A stretch of DNA of 64,000 nt from Eledone cirrhosa. Taxonomy: Eukaryota. Positions 11,919 to 24,399 of the stretch are shown piece after piece. Within the stretch, counting starts at the first letter, position 1; the number at the start of each line of letters is the position of its first letter. The position numbers were made by a program, and so were the translations under genes. Under the pieces are notes generated by a model that saw nothing but the letters and a program-made list of their open reading frames with translations, was not told the origin of the DNA and made no database searches. The stretch spans positions 215,016,001 to 215,080,000 of the forward strand of contig OZ024740.1 of the NCBI GenBank assembly GCA_964016885.1, in the 5' to 3' direction.

Positions 11919-12577
11919 TTTGAAAAAGCACCGATTCTTGGAACTCTATTTTTCTACTATTGCCTGGTGGCAATAGGTTGCATCACTGTAGATCAAATAT
12001 TTTACTACATATCAGAATAGTGTGGGGAGTAAATAACTAAGTTGAATGCCCTGTCTGCACTGTAAGGTGTTAGTGCTGGTGCCACAACAAAAAGCATCCA
12101 GCCCACCCTGTGAGGTGATAGTGCTGTTGCCACAACAAAAAGCATCCAACCTACAACGAAGGTGATGATAAATACAGTCACATATATGTGCTCTCCTTCA
12201 AATTCACAGAGACAGTATTCAACTAAGACCTGTCATCCACTGAAGCAGATTCCAGGAAGATATAATCAACCCACTAATAGGTAAGTCTTGGTCCTATGTA
12301 AAGAATTTTGCCCAATTTGTGGATATAATTAATTAGGCTCCCATTCATTCCAAGCAGATGGCAAGTTTGGATGTGTTGAGCCAAGGTTTCAATAGATGAA
12401 ACTCTATTGCTGGTTTAAAACAAACTGAAATTGGACTCTACTGTTGAGAAATGTACCAGCCCTCTGATAACCTGATATATTGACATTCTGTGTACAAACA
12501 ATATACTTCCATTCGGGGACTGGTCTATATTGACAGAAAGATGGCTTAGCAATTGGTTTGCCATTATCCCCAGTGAT

Positions 12578-12770
12578 GGGTGGTGGATTGGCAGTATCGG
12601 TGGAGTGTCAGACACCTTGCTTTACAAGCATAGAGTTATGGCCCTTTACGTTCTGAGTTCAAATCATGCTGTGGTTAACTTTGCCTTTCATCCTTATGGG
12701 GTCGATAAAATAAAGTACCAGTAATGCACTGGGCTAATTGCTGGCCTTGTGCCAAAAGTAGAAATAATTA
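12578..12770 (+). mobile_element. SINE family A copy, full length (short form)
   Basis: gggtggtggattggcagtatcggtggag...gagttcaaatc...gtcgataaaataaagtaccag...ggccttgtgccaaaagtagaaataatta. Confidence 0.88.
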
Positions 12771-12799
12771 TCCTCAGTGATAAAAAAACATATACATGT

Positions 12800-13285
12800 A
12801 TTCTTTTACGATCGACTTTTGTCAAATCGGACCGAGGAAACAAAGTTTCCACTGGTCTTTCCAGTTGCAAGTACTATCTATCGGTCGCAACTCCAGGTAG
12901 AAGGAGCAACGTGAAATAAAGTGTCTTGCTCAAGGACATAACGCATCGCCCGGTCCAGGAATCGAACTCACAACCTCAAGATTGTGAATCCAATTCTCTA
13001 ACCACTCAGCCACATGCCTTCACATATATACATGTATATATTTGGCAAACAAACCTATTTATGTATCCAGACCTCATTTGCTTACCAAGTGGAGTAGAAC
13101 TCATCAAATCAGACCAAGAAAACAATGTTTCCATTGGTTTTTCCATTGCTGAAACTATTTTCCAGTCGCAACTCGGGACAGAAGGAGCAACGTGAAATAA
13201 AGTGTATTGCCTGGTCCGGAAATCAAACTTGCACCTTCACAATTGTAAATCTAATTAACAAACCACTAGTCCATCCACCTTTGTA
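12800..13285 (-). mobile_element. Two tandem copies of tRNA-derived SINE family B2 (family B head with a different 3' body)
   Basis: Minus-strand head gtggctgagtggttagag...gagttcgattcctggaccggg...tgtccttgagcaagacactttatttcacg; body ...ggaaagaccagtggaaac...; a related copy lies at 15868-16075 (+). Confidence 0.75.
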
Positions 13286-13429
13286 CTATGTATCTGTACT
13301 AAACATGAGCAAATACATAAAATATAATCTCATATTTTTTATTTATTATAGTAATGAATTGTAAAGTATTATTGTTATCAAACAATGTACATAAGCCGAA
13401 TTTTCAGACTTTTAATCACTGAGAATATA

Positions 13430-13715
13430 TCATCATCATCATCACTGTTTAACGTCCATTTTTCCATGCTAGCATGGGTTAGATGAGTTGTCCCATTGTG
13501 AGACATGCCAGGTCAGATAACCATGTCTTGCTCACACAGAACTGATTTTGGATTGGTTTCTACAGCTGGATTCTCTTCCTAATGCCATCCACAGTTACCT
13601 TTTGTTGTGATGCCTACACAACCATTTTTCAGTGTGGACTGGGGTTTTTTTGTTGTGATACCTACACAACCACTTTGCAGTGTGGACTGGATACCTTTTG
13701 TTGTGACACCTACAC
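13430..13715 (-). mobile_element. SINE-like family C (RTE-type 3' tail ...gcatggaaaaatggacgttaaac(gat)n)
   Basis: catcatcatc...tttaacgtccatttttccatgctagcatgggtt...ggtttctacagctgga...cttcctaatgcca; internal ~45-bp segment repeated. Confidence 0.75.
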
Positions 13716-14494
13716 ATCACAATTTCCTTATAATTACAATCATGAGATGGTTATTATGAAACAACTACAACTAGCTACAATTCTGGTCATATAATTTAGA
13801 AAACTGTGTGTCTAGATTTAGAAAAGCAAGTTCTTTAACATTAAAATGAACTTATTTATCAGTTGACAAAAGGCATCAGTAGAAATTGTATGATGTGACA
13901 TTCCTTTCTTCCAAAAGAACACTAGTGTTATAAGCAGAGCTGTACAGCTTCAGCTATAAATGAAAACGAAAACCAATTCATAAACCCAGCTTTTCTAAAA
14001 GCTTATTTTCTAATTCTATGCTGCTTAGCCACAATACATTAAAATGAATAATCAATAATTGAATTAAATATCCTTTGAAGATACCAACAAGTCAAGCATA
14101 TATCACTTAGAATGAATTCTATAACACTAAAACCATAAAATACTAGCATAAAGAATAACATTTTAATTTACTTTCACATAAAGTGAAATTGACTGATATT
14201 TACCAAACAGATGAAATGTGAGGTTCAATATGTAGATGAAGATTTTAATGTGAGGTTCAATATGTAGATGAAGGTTTATTTACATAGCTTAATGTGAGGT
14301 TCAACATGTAGATGACAGGTTATTTACAGAGATAGTTTAATAGACTGATATGACAGTATAGCAGTTAAAGTAATGAAAACATTGATCTTAGATTGGGGGG
14401 GGGGGGTTATAATGATTACTTATTGATCAGTGTACTGATTATAATTATGTTTTTCAAATAATATTTATAATCATTCTGTAGTTGGTGTACCAAG

Positions 14495-14623
<129 letters not shown>

Positions 14624-14708
14624 ATATATTATTGGAACTTATTGAAAATGAAACAGTGTGAAGTTGATCAGAATATTAAGTGAACAAACAAGAGTACACC
14701 TCATTGGT

Positions 14709-15148
14709 TTATTGAACATCACAGCTTATTTGATGTATTGAACATCACAGCTTATCTGATCTATTGAACAGCACAGCTTATCTGATCTAAGTCACTCTAG
14801 ATATTGGTGTATTGAACATCAGAGCTTATCTTGACCTATTGAACATCAGAACTTATCTTGACCTATTGAACACCACAGCTTATCTTATCTAAGTCACTCT
14901 AGATATTGGTGTATTGAACATCAGAGCTTATCTTGACCTATTGAACATCACAGCTTATCTGATCTAAGTCACTCTAGATATTGGTGTATTGAACATCACA
15001 GCTTATCTGACCTATTGAACATCACAGCTTATCTGATATAAGTCACTCTAGATATTGGTGTATTGAACATCAGAGCTTATCTTGATCTATTGAACATCAC
15101 AGCTTATCTGATCTAAGTCACCCACCCACTCTAGATATTGGTGTATTG
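14709..15148. repeat. Complex minisatellite with a ~26-27 bp subunit and a ~75-bp higher-order unit
   Basis: tattgaacatcacagcttatctgatc repeated, with taagtcactctagatattggtg interspersed about every second or third subunit. Confidence 0.9.
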
Positions 15149-15227
15149 CATAGACATGAAACATTAGAGTTTTAAAAGTTCATAAAATTCTAAGTCAAAT
15201 GGAATGTTTCCAGCTATTAACAGAAAG

Positions 15228-15510
15228 TGGAGGTGCATGGCCTAATGGTAAGGGTGTTGGACTTATGATCATAACGTAGTGGGTTCGATTCCTGGACTAG
15301 GTTATGTGCTGTGTTCTTGAATAAAACACTTCATTTCAAATTGCTTCAGTATATTCAGTTGAAAATGTGTACCAGGAATAGCTGGAAGGGTTAAACTTGT
15401 GATGGACTGGTGTCCTGTCCAGGGGGAAGTCTTGTACTCTCAGTTGCTTAATGCCATGGAAACTGTAATAAGAACCAGTCTGATGAGACTCTGGGCTTGG
15501 GACAGTCTTT
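15228..15510 (+). mobile_element. tRNA-derived SINE family B1 with a V-domain-like central region
   Basis: A box tggcctaatggtaagg, B box ggttcgattcc, then tgtgatggactggtgtcctgtccagggg (V-SINE-like); related copies at 56252-56520 and 60115-60320. Confidence 0.8.
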
Positions 15511-15867
15511 TAGATAAGAGAAAGAGACACAGTTTTCAAAAACAACTTTCCATTATATCCAAATAGAATAGATTACTACAAATATTGTAATTTGTCAGTG
15601 AATTCCATTTGTCAACAGTTGTATCATTGAAGACAGAGGAGAGGGACAACTGACAATGAAAATTTTGTCATTGTTGGTATCTTGTCTTTCTGCAGTATCA
15701 GAAGATGTTTATTTGGGTGCTTGGCTGTTCCAGTAACTCAGCCTTACTATCAACTGAGGCAATGCTGTGTGTGTTTTGGGTTACCTCAAGAATTTTTAGA
15801 AGGAAACCCCAGCACTCTTTGTCATAGTGTGTAAATTGCATGTCTTTTATTTTCCTTCTTTCTGATC

Positions 15868-16075
15868 CGTGGTTTAGTGAATTGGATTCACAACTGTGAG
15901 GTTGTGAGTTCACTTCCCTGACAAGGCAATATGTTATGTCCTTGAACAAGACACTTTATTTCATGTTGCAACTGGTAGATAGTATCAGGAATGGAAAGAC
16001 CAACAGAAACATTGTTTCTTTGATCTGATTTAATGAGTTCCATCCCACTTGGTAAGCAAATGGGGTTGGATCTTG
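15868..16075 (+). mobile_element. SINE family B2 copy
   Basis: Reverse-complement match to 12800-13285. Confidence 0.7.
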
Positions 16076-16097
16076 TTGATTGATTCAATCAATCACT

Positions 16098-16268
16098 CGA
16101 GAGGGTGGACACCATGCTTTGCAGCAAAGAGTTGCGGCCCTTTACGGTCTGAGTTCAAATCCTGTCGAGGTTAACTTTGCCTTTCATCCTTACGGGATCA
16201 ATAAAATAAAGTACCTGTAATACACTGGGATAATTGCTGGCTTTGTGCCAAATGTAGAAACAATTATT
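16098..16268 (+). mobile_element. SINE family A copy
   Basis: Family core and 3' end gctggctttgtgccaaatgtagaaacaatta. Confidence 0.85.
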
Positions 16269-16384
16269 GTCCTTTTGCTTTGCTAATTGAACGTTTATAG
16301 ATTCTAAACATTTAAATGGTCATAAGTACAGGATGGCATTTGATTTAGGTTGTTTGTGGACTGATTGAAGCAATAAAGGTCTTA

Positions 16385-17358
16385 TTTATGTATATAGTAC
16401 CCACTACATCTATATGTATATAGTACCCACTACGTTTATATGTATATAGTACCCACTACATTTATATGTATATAGCACCCATTACATTTATATGTATACT
16501 AGCCGAATTACCCGCGCGTTGCTGTGTTCCATACATTTTTTTAGTAAGAAAATGATGATTGATTTTAAATCAGTGATATAATTTATGGAGAAAATCTCTG
16601 CATTTCAATATTACTCAATGTAAAATGTAATGCATGAAAAATTGGAAAACATTATTTTTTGTAATATATCAAATCAAAATTACATTATTAAATCTTATTC
16701 TTATTTTGTTTCTTGTAAATAATTATTTTCAAAATTTTAATTCAAAACTTGATCATTTCATTTTTGTGTAAAGCTTATTTCCAAATTAGAAATTCAAAGT
16801 TCCAATACTCAAGTTATGGGCTTCCCAAATTTTGACTATAGGGGGTTTAACCCCCATTAGGGTGTCTTAATATTATTGAAATTTGCTGCAATTTTGTGAA
16901 TAGGCATCATATCTTGTCATTTACCTATGGTTTAAATTTCATATAAATCGAAGGGAAAACATTTTCAGCAGGGCTTTGTGCCCCAGGGAACCCTTTGATT
17001 AACTCCCATTAGGGTGTTTTAATATTATTGAAATTTGCTGAAATTTTGTGAATAGGCATCATATCTTGCCATTTACCAATGGTTTAAATTTCATATAAAT
17101 CGAAGGGAAAACCTTTTCAGTGGGGGTTTGTACCCCCCGGGAACCCTTTGATTAAAATGAAATATACTTATCCAAGTACCCTGGGCAATGTACTTTCAGA
17201 ATATAAATGGTTATGGGAGTCTATCTGCCAAACCATAGGAGGAGTTTGTGAACAAACAAACAGACAGGAACTACAACTTTATATATATAGATAGTACCCA
17301 CTACATTTCTATGTATATAGTACCCACTACATTTATATGTACAGTATATAGTACCCAA
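16385..17358. repeat. 26-bp minisatellite (tatatgtatatagtacccactacatt) split by a Helitron insertion
   Basis: About 4.5 units at 16385-16498, resuming in register at 17292-17358. Confidence 0.9.
16499..17291 (-). mobile_element. Non-autonomous Helitron
   Basis: Minus strand begins TCTATATATAT and ends CTAG; inserted between host A and T with no TSD. GC-rich subterminal segment (cccgcgcgttgctgtg), tttg-type microsatellite near the 5' end, internal ~150-bp tandem duplication (16853-17153). Confidence 0.85.
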
Positions 17359-17594
17359 TTCTTGAACTCTGTATATTTCATCTTATGATTGGTTATACTT
17401 GTAATAAAAAACAATAACATTTTAAATATTTTTCACACTTCAAAATTCTGTCCAATATCCAGCCATCTTTATACTGAAGTATTTTACTCAACAGTAAAAA
17501 TTAACAGAATGGAATAATTCACATTTTAAAACACATCTATAATTCTAACAATTTATCAAACTCACAAATAATTGGCACTTGTAAATATTTTAAA

Positions 17595-17968
17595 CTAGCA
17601 GCAGTACCCAGCTGGGTATTGCTGCTAGTTTAAAATATTTAAATGCCTGGGTAGGTAAAATAACATCTGCTTTGATGAAAAGGTGTTGATCTTAGCGACT
17701 GCTTTAAAATTTGAATGAAATCGGTGGCAAAATGTGGGAGCTAGAGCCAAAAATCTTATTTTTCGATACCTAAAAAAAGGTGACCCCGCTATCGATTTTT
17801 ATCTGCAGAATGACCCCGGAATAAAAAAAACATACGCTGATATATAGAAAACACTCCCCGATGACTAATCTATGAGCCTGTAAAGTTTCATGAAAATCGA
17901 TCGTAAGATGTAGGCCCCTATAGGTAATACACAGACACACACACACTTAATTTTATATATACACAGAT
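17595..17968 (-). mobile_element. Second non-autonomous Helitron-like element with a rearranged 3' end
   Basis: Plus strand ctagcagcagtacccag...cctggg at the left end and cagacacacacacac...ttttatatatacacagat at the right end; same architecture as 16499-17291. Confidence 0.65.
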
Positions 17969-17984
17969 AATCTGTCGACAAAGT

Positions 17985-18030
17985 TGCTGCTGCTGCTGCC
18001 ACCACTACCACCACCACCACCACCACCACC

Positions 18031-18074
<44 letters not shown>

Positions 18075-18250
18075 CACTACTGCTGATACTACTAGTACTA
18101 CCATTGTCTATTGTACATAAAAATGTAGAAGTTAACAGTGCTGCTGCTGATGATGATGATGATATTGGTGGTGGTGGTGGTGATGGTGTGCTGGTAGTGT
18201 GGTGGTGATGATGATGGTGATGAGGATGATGATGCTACAAAAAGGCATGT

Positions 18251-18309
<59 letters not shown>

Positions 18310-18310
18310 G
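17985..18310. repeat. Cluster of trinucleotide (CCA/CTA/GAT/GGT) and (TA)n microsatellites
   Basis: Seen directly. Confidence 0.9.
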
Positions 18311-20129
18311 CTTTTCAGCAACAAAATGGTTCACATTTGTAAGAAATCATCAGGATGATTTTTACAAATGAAACAGTTCTAGTTCTGTAGAAGTCATTAA
18401 TATATATATGTATGTGTTTGTGTGTATGCTTTTCAGCAACAAAATAGTCCACTGTTTGGATTTGTCCATAGCTATTCTGTTTAAATGTATTAAATATTGA
18501 AAAGAGGTCACCTCACAAATGTCATGGATGAGGATACATTTAGTCTTCAAATTTGATAAACTTCATCCTTACTACACTGTCACTATAATGAATCATGTAT
18601 TAATGCATTGGCCATATTCACTGATAAGCCCAAACTATAGAATTATTCATGTAATTGGTTACTAAACTATCCACTAGTCCAACCTTCATCTTTCCCAACT
18701 ACATAATCATTTGCTACATATAATATCAACAAAAATCAATATTTATTTAACCAACCCAGTATCATCAATACAATTCTTGCTAAATATTGTCTACTTCTCA
18801 ATAATAATAATAGTGTCTCTTGAAATATATATAATTTGCACCAAATACTAAAAGAAAAAAAAAAATGGTCAATTTGTATATCTGCATCACTGCTTCGTGT
18901 AAATATCTCCAGACATAAAACAAACAAAAAAACATTAAAAAATACAATATTAATTACACTCAAATAATTTAACCCTTCCCACATTTTCTTTTCCATCAAG
19001 CTGATCATTATTCCTATTTTACTCGCCTATTTTACCATACTGCCATTATTTAGACTAATCAATCGATATTTTATTTATCTTCCACAAGTCTAAGACAATC
19101 GCTTGCTTGACTTTTCCTAATCAAGAGTATCCAACAAGACGTTTCTCCCAGGGGCATTAATGACTTCAGAGAAGTAGAATAGCTTCTTCTACACCAACAA
19201 AGATATGGATTTAACATACTTTTAGTCAACAATGCTCATTAACAATTAACCAGATCTGAACAAATAAAACCTCCTGTAGTTTATTCTACTTTCATGTATG
19301 ACTCTCTACCTTTTAGATTAGAAAGTCACTTCTTACTACTATCTTACTTGTTCAACCAATCACAACCTTTATGTAGTTGCCTAATCTCCAAGAAATAGCA
19401 GTTAAATTTCTCTCAAATCCCACTCCAATGTTTTAAAAAAGAAAACCAACACAAGATAACGTATTCTTATACTATCATCATATTTACACTCACTTTTTCC
19501 TTCCTTGCATGGGTTGGGACAAGATATTCTGAGGCAGGTTTTCTATAACTGGATGTCCTACCTTAATATTATGCTCCCCTTGATGCCATCATCATCATCA
19601 TCATCATTGTCATTTTTTATGTTGATTTTTCCATGCTGGCATGGGATGGATGAGTTAGAGGTAATATTTTACAGTCAAATGTCCTTCCTAACAAAAAAAT
19701 CCTTCTAGTCATTTCTTACAATATGCAGGGATATGACGTACCTATTCTAAACTAGATACACACAGGAAAAATGCACATAACCCTACATAAACGTACATAA
19801 CCCTAAAAATAGGACAATTTATCAGGGTTTATCTGAGACTAACAACAACATCTAACTTGTATTAACTACAATGATTGTGGTATGTCTGCAACATATCCAC
19901 CTCTACTCTCACCACTTTTTCCAATCACTGCTTCATTAATATTATACGCATCATAACAAAGGATACTAAAGCCTCATTTATCTTCAATCTCTCTCATTTT
20001 TTTTTATATCTCCTTGGAGATAATACTTTACCAGTTCTCTGTAATGTAGCCCTTGCAATAAATATTCTTCATGCTTGAACCCATGTTTGAAATTAATAAA
20101 ATAAAATGGATATCATTTTCCTTTTGGTT

Positions 20130-20575
20130 TCGTGCCAACCCTTACCTATGATCATGAATCTTTGGTAATGACCGAAAGAGTACGATTGTGAATGCAAGCA
20201 GCTGAAATAGGGTTACTCCAAATGGTCTTTGGAGTAATGTTACTTGATAAAGTGTGTAGCTCGGAGATCAGAGAGTCACTTCAGGTAGAGCCACTACTTC
20301 TCCAAATTGAGAGATTACAGATCAAATACAATGGGCATGTAGTTAATATGTCTCAGGAAAGAATCGCTGGACAGATTTTATGGGCAAAACCAACAGGTAG
20401 GAGACCCCGAGGTAGGCCCTGAGCAAGATGGTTGGATAACAGCCATGAGCTCAGCCTGTCTCACTTGGGGATCCAGTTGGATCAGTTAGAGACGGTTGCT
20501 TCTGACAAAACCCACTGGAGGAAGTATTTGAGGACTCTGCCCCCACAACCCTCTCAGGAATAAGTGGGCGAAGAA
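20130..20575 (+). mobile_element. RTE-clade LINE family 1, 3' fragment
   Basis: PTLTYDHESLVMTER...MQAAEIGLL...SSEIRESLQVEPLLLQIER...GHV...GRRPRGRP; nucleotide match to 54430-54860. Confidence 0.85.
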
Positions 20576-21467
20576 CATTTTCTTTTCTATATAAATTTAT
20601 ATTACCCATTGTTCCAAAAGATACAAATATTTTAATATATTGCAAGATTGCTGGACAAGAAAACAACAGATTTCGAGGTGTAGAAATATTAACTGACAGA
20701 CACCTATCGTTAATATTTTATTATAACTTGAAATCAATACAAAGAAATCCTTACTAAAACATCCCCCCCCCCCCCCCCAAAAAAAAAATCCTTTGCTTCA
20801 CAACTGTAGTCATATACTGTGGTTGCAGACCTAAAAGATCTCACCCAATAATAGATAATCTATCTTTTGTCATTTATTGAATTCAGATAACAGTACAATC
20901 TTATCTCTGAACTTGTTAATTTCTTCAGCAGCCAAAATCACTCACACTTCATGCCTTTTAAGATAAAATGTATACCATGTACATGCTTGTGCAAATATTC
21001 TTCAGACTTAGTTTCTCATTAACAAGTGCAGGGTGTTGTTTTTATATGTGTGTGTGTGTGTTGTTTTTATGTGTGTGTGTTGTTTTTATGTGTGTGTGTT
21101 GTTTTTATATGTGTGTGTGTTTTTATTTATTCAAAGTTGTCACCAATCTGTGTTTCCCATCTGTATCATAGTCTGCAAAGCATATTTGTGCGTGTGTGTA
21201 TATGCAGAAGTCTGATAAGTCTTTGATTCCAGAGTCGGGCTTGATCAATAGAGATCAAACCTTGAGCTGATTAATCACAAAACATGTGTCACACTGAATA
21301 AACTTAGTGGTAATTTAACATCTAATCCATACTTATCATAACTATTACACTCTGCTTAGTACAACACCAATATACCTACTGGAAACTACACATCAAGTGC
21401 TCTCTTTGGTGAACCTACAGTAACTTGAAGTTACAATCCCTAAACTATACATATATATATATATATA

Positions 21468-22221
21468 GTTCAAGGAAACAACACAACAGTCTTGTTAATT
21501 TCATGCTTTATATGGAAAGGGGAGAAAGAAAATACAACATATCAGTCTTTAGCTCTTCTTCAGGAGTACAAAAATAGAGAAATCATCACAAAAGATGGAT
21601 ACAGAAAATAAAGGTAGTCCAAGTTAAAAAAAATAAAAATAATGAGAGTAAACAAGACAAACTGTTAGATAGTCTTGGTAACGATTTTAGAATGCAAAGT
21701 GAAATGTGTGTGTATTAATGTTGATATTGTGTGTGTATGTGTATGTTTAAATGCGTGTGTTTTTTTTAAAGGATATTGTGTAAAGTATCAAAGTACATAT
21801 ATATATATATTGTTGTACGTTGGGTGGGTCATACTGACAATAAAAACACACGCATCTGTTGGTTTTCACTTCAATATATTGAAAATTTCCAGTTGGTAGG
21901 TTCAATAACTGGATGGTTGTTTATATATTGTCAAAGCTCTTTTGTCACACAATCTGTGACCTGCTCAGTGACTGATGTGTTATTTTGTGTCTCCCCTTTG
22001 TTCTGTACTACACTATCTCAGTGTAGGAGGTCACAGAATGTGAGATGAAAGAGCTTTGACAATATATAAGCAACCAACCAGTTGAACCAACCAACCAGAA
22101 ATTTGTAATAAATTGAAGTGCAGGAATGTGTATTGTTATTGGCAACATGACCCTCCCAAAGTATAACAACATCTGTTTCAACACACGTTTTCAGATAAGA
22201 AACCTTTTGCAAAACATATAA

Positions 22222-22230
<9 letters not shown>
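21468..22230 (-). mobile_element. Probable Penelope-derived remnant between (TA)n tracts, with internal inverted arms
   Basis: Decayed hammerhead-like strings on the minus strand (ctgaagaagagctaaagactgatatgtt at ~21536-21563; ctgaaaacgtgtgttgaaac at ~22175-22194). Imperfect inverted repeat 21884-21942 / 22048-22104. Confidence 0.4.
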
Positions 22231-22269
<39 letters not shown>

Positions 22270-22282
22270 TGTGTGTGTGTGT

Positions 22283-22319
<37 letters not shown>

Positions 22320-22819
22320 ATGCGCTCACATATATAGTTTCACATTGCCAATTATTCAATTGATAGAAAAAGGTAAAGCAAAAATGTTTACAAAAGATTC
22401 ATTACCAGACAATCCAGAGAAGTAAAACTCTGTTTTTAATTCCTTCAATCAATTATATTGTCAATTAATATAAATAAATAATCAAATAAAATACTTTTAA
22501 TTTTTTTCTGCCAATTATTGTCATGAAATATCAAATATATTGTTCTAATTTCATCTGTTGTATTCTCTAATTATTCTTATATCCTTCACATCTACACTTT
22601 TACTTTTTTTAATGTCCAAAAATTGGAGGAAAGGTAGTACCTATGACATGTGTTAGGGCCTCGGTGCATGTGGGTGAAAGGGAGAAAGTTATCATAAATA
22701 TAGAGCCTGAAGGTTTGCAACCAAGTCAACCCTTCAAAAAAGGTATCTAGGGACCAAATGATAGTGATAAACCAGACAATGGCAACAGTTTAACATCTAA
22801 GCACAGAAATGGTTCCTCA

Positions 22820-22993
22820 GACAGGCTTTTGCATAGTTTCTGTCTGTAAAATATTCCATTCATTAGTCTTTGGTCGACTTGCAGCTATGGTAGCATTATA
22901 TCTATAATCTATTCTCAAGGTGTTGCAATGTGGGATTGAATCTGAAATTCTGAAGTTGTAAAGAAAACTTCATAATCACAGAGAAATACCTGT
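22820..22993 (-). mobile_element. Old, diverged tRNA-derived SINE (family D)
   Basis: ggcttttgcatagtttctgtctg...ctttggtcgacttgcagctatggtag...ctcaaggtgttgcaatgtgggattgaatc resembles an abundant octopus SINE as I recall it; B-box remnant present. Confidence 0.5.
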
Positions 22994-22996
22994 AAA

Positions 22997-23235
22997 TATC
23001 ATCATCATTATCATCACCACCGTTTAACATCCATTTTCCATGCTAGGATAGGTTAGATGAATTATCCTGTCATGAGCCAAGCCAGGTTAGATGATCGTAT
23101 CTTGCTCATAGTGGACTGAATTTAGCTTGGTTTCTACAGCTGGATGCCCTTCTAATACCAACCAGATTTACAGTGTGTACTGGGTGCTTTTTGTCATGAC
23201 ACCTACACAACCCGCTTACAGTGTGGACTGGACAT
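22997..23235 (-). mobile_element. SINE-like family C copy
   Basis: (CAT)n tail, tttaacatccattttccatgctag, ggtttctacagctggatgccc. Confidence 0.78.
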
Positions 23236-23409
23236 ATTTCTAGCCTTGTATCTTAGCAAATTATAAGCTGACACCAAGGAGAGTTCAAACAATTCCTATT
23301 AACATCCCAGCATCTGTTCTTTCAAGAAAGTTAAAAAATAATGAAAAAAAAAATGAAAACAAAAAATATTTGGGGTAAAATTCAAATTTAATAAATCAGT
23401 TATACATAC

Positions 23410-23473
23410 CTCTCGTAGAGTAACGTTTTCCAAGATGGTTCCAAATGCAGGTATTGTAGCAATCCTTACAGAA
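23410..23473 (-). CDS. RELCH: Internal coding exon of RAB11-binding protein RELCH (KIAA1468), HEAT-repeat region
   Basis: Acceptor tttgtttcttttgtAG and donor gag|GTatgt. The 64-nt exon reads (1 nt)+SVRIATIPAFGTILENVTLRE, closely matching vertebrate RELCH as I recall it (DPE[I/F]-SVRIATIPAFGTIMETVIQRE). No other RELCH exon recognised in the window. Confidence 0.85.
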
Positions 23474-23553
23474 CTACAAAAGAAACAAATTCAAAATATC
23501 AGGAGGGGGAATTTCTTTCTACAAATATGAATATATTGATGTCTTTATGTATG

Positions 23554-23588
<35 letters not shown>

Positions 23589-23643
23589 TCATCATCATCT
23601 TCGTTTAACATCCATTTTCCACGCTAGCATGGGTTATATATAT

Positions 23644-23786
23644 AACAAAGAAAGTGTGCTAAGGAACCAGGTGGGCCATAATGCACCAGAGTACTCGTGC
23701 ATTATGGACGTTTCAATAGCTAGATCCGAACTCGGATCTAGCTGTCAAAACGGCTGGAGCTCAGCCGTCAGGGTCCTGACTCCTCT

Positions 23787-23789
<3 letters not shown>
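23644..23789 (+). repeat. Short (TA)n-flanked dispersed repeat with internal hairpin (family H)
   Basis: aacaaagaaagtgtgctaaggaaccaggtgggccataatgcaccagagtactc matches 63636-63690; hairpin at 23718-23743. Confidence 0.7.
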
Positions 23790-23865
<76 letters not shown>

Positions 23866-24054
23866 GTAACGAAAGATATATACTTTATATCATCTCTATT
23901 TATTTCATTATATATATTTCAAAGATGTAAAGTTTTATGTATAACATAAACATAAAGCAAAACATGTTCTACTCAGACAAAATATATAGAAAATGTATAA
24001 TTTTTTCCTGATATGTTGATAGACAAACGAACTGGACAGATTGGTGACTACCAA

Positions 24055-24096
<42 letters not shown>

Positions 24097-24101
<5 letters not shown>

Positions 24102-24225
24102 GAGCAAGCCCATGGCTGATCTCTTGCTCTTTTGACAGCTAGTTCCAGACTCTACTATCCCAAGTATTGAGTACCCTGTTGAATAATGGTCTAACTAGTT
24201 TAATACTGGTTCAATCCTAATGTAA
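24097..24225 (-). repeat. Family H copy, opposite orientation
   Basis: Minus strand has agttagaccat...gtactcaatacttgggatagtagagt...ctagctgtcaaaa, shared with 63478-63611 and 63636-63827; hairpin at 24098-24133. Confidence 0.65.
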
Positions 24226-24399
24226 ATATATATATATGGAGAGGACTCCTGAGTCCAGTACAACCTCTCTAGAGCTGGTGGCACGAATAATGCACCCAGC
24301 CCACACTGTGAGGTGTTTGGTGATAGAAAGGGCATCCGGCCAGAAAATCCCTGCCAAAACATCATCATGATCATCATGTCCAAAAAATGGACAATATAT

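Noticed and set aside
14709-15148. CRISPR-like repeat-spacer array (also considered for the 24-, 39- and 78-bp arrays)
   Set aside because: The intervening segments are themselves repeated, there are no unique spacers or cas genes, and the context is eukaryotic.
15228-15300. tRNA gene (also the heads of the other SINE copies)
   Set aside because: A and B boxes are present, but there is no clean cloverleaf and the sequence continues into a SINE body found in multiple copies.
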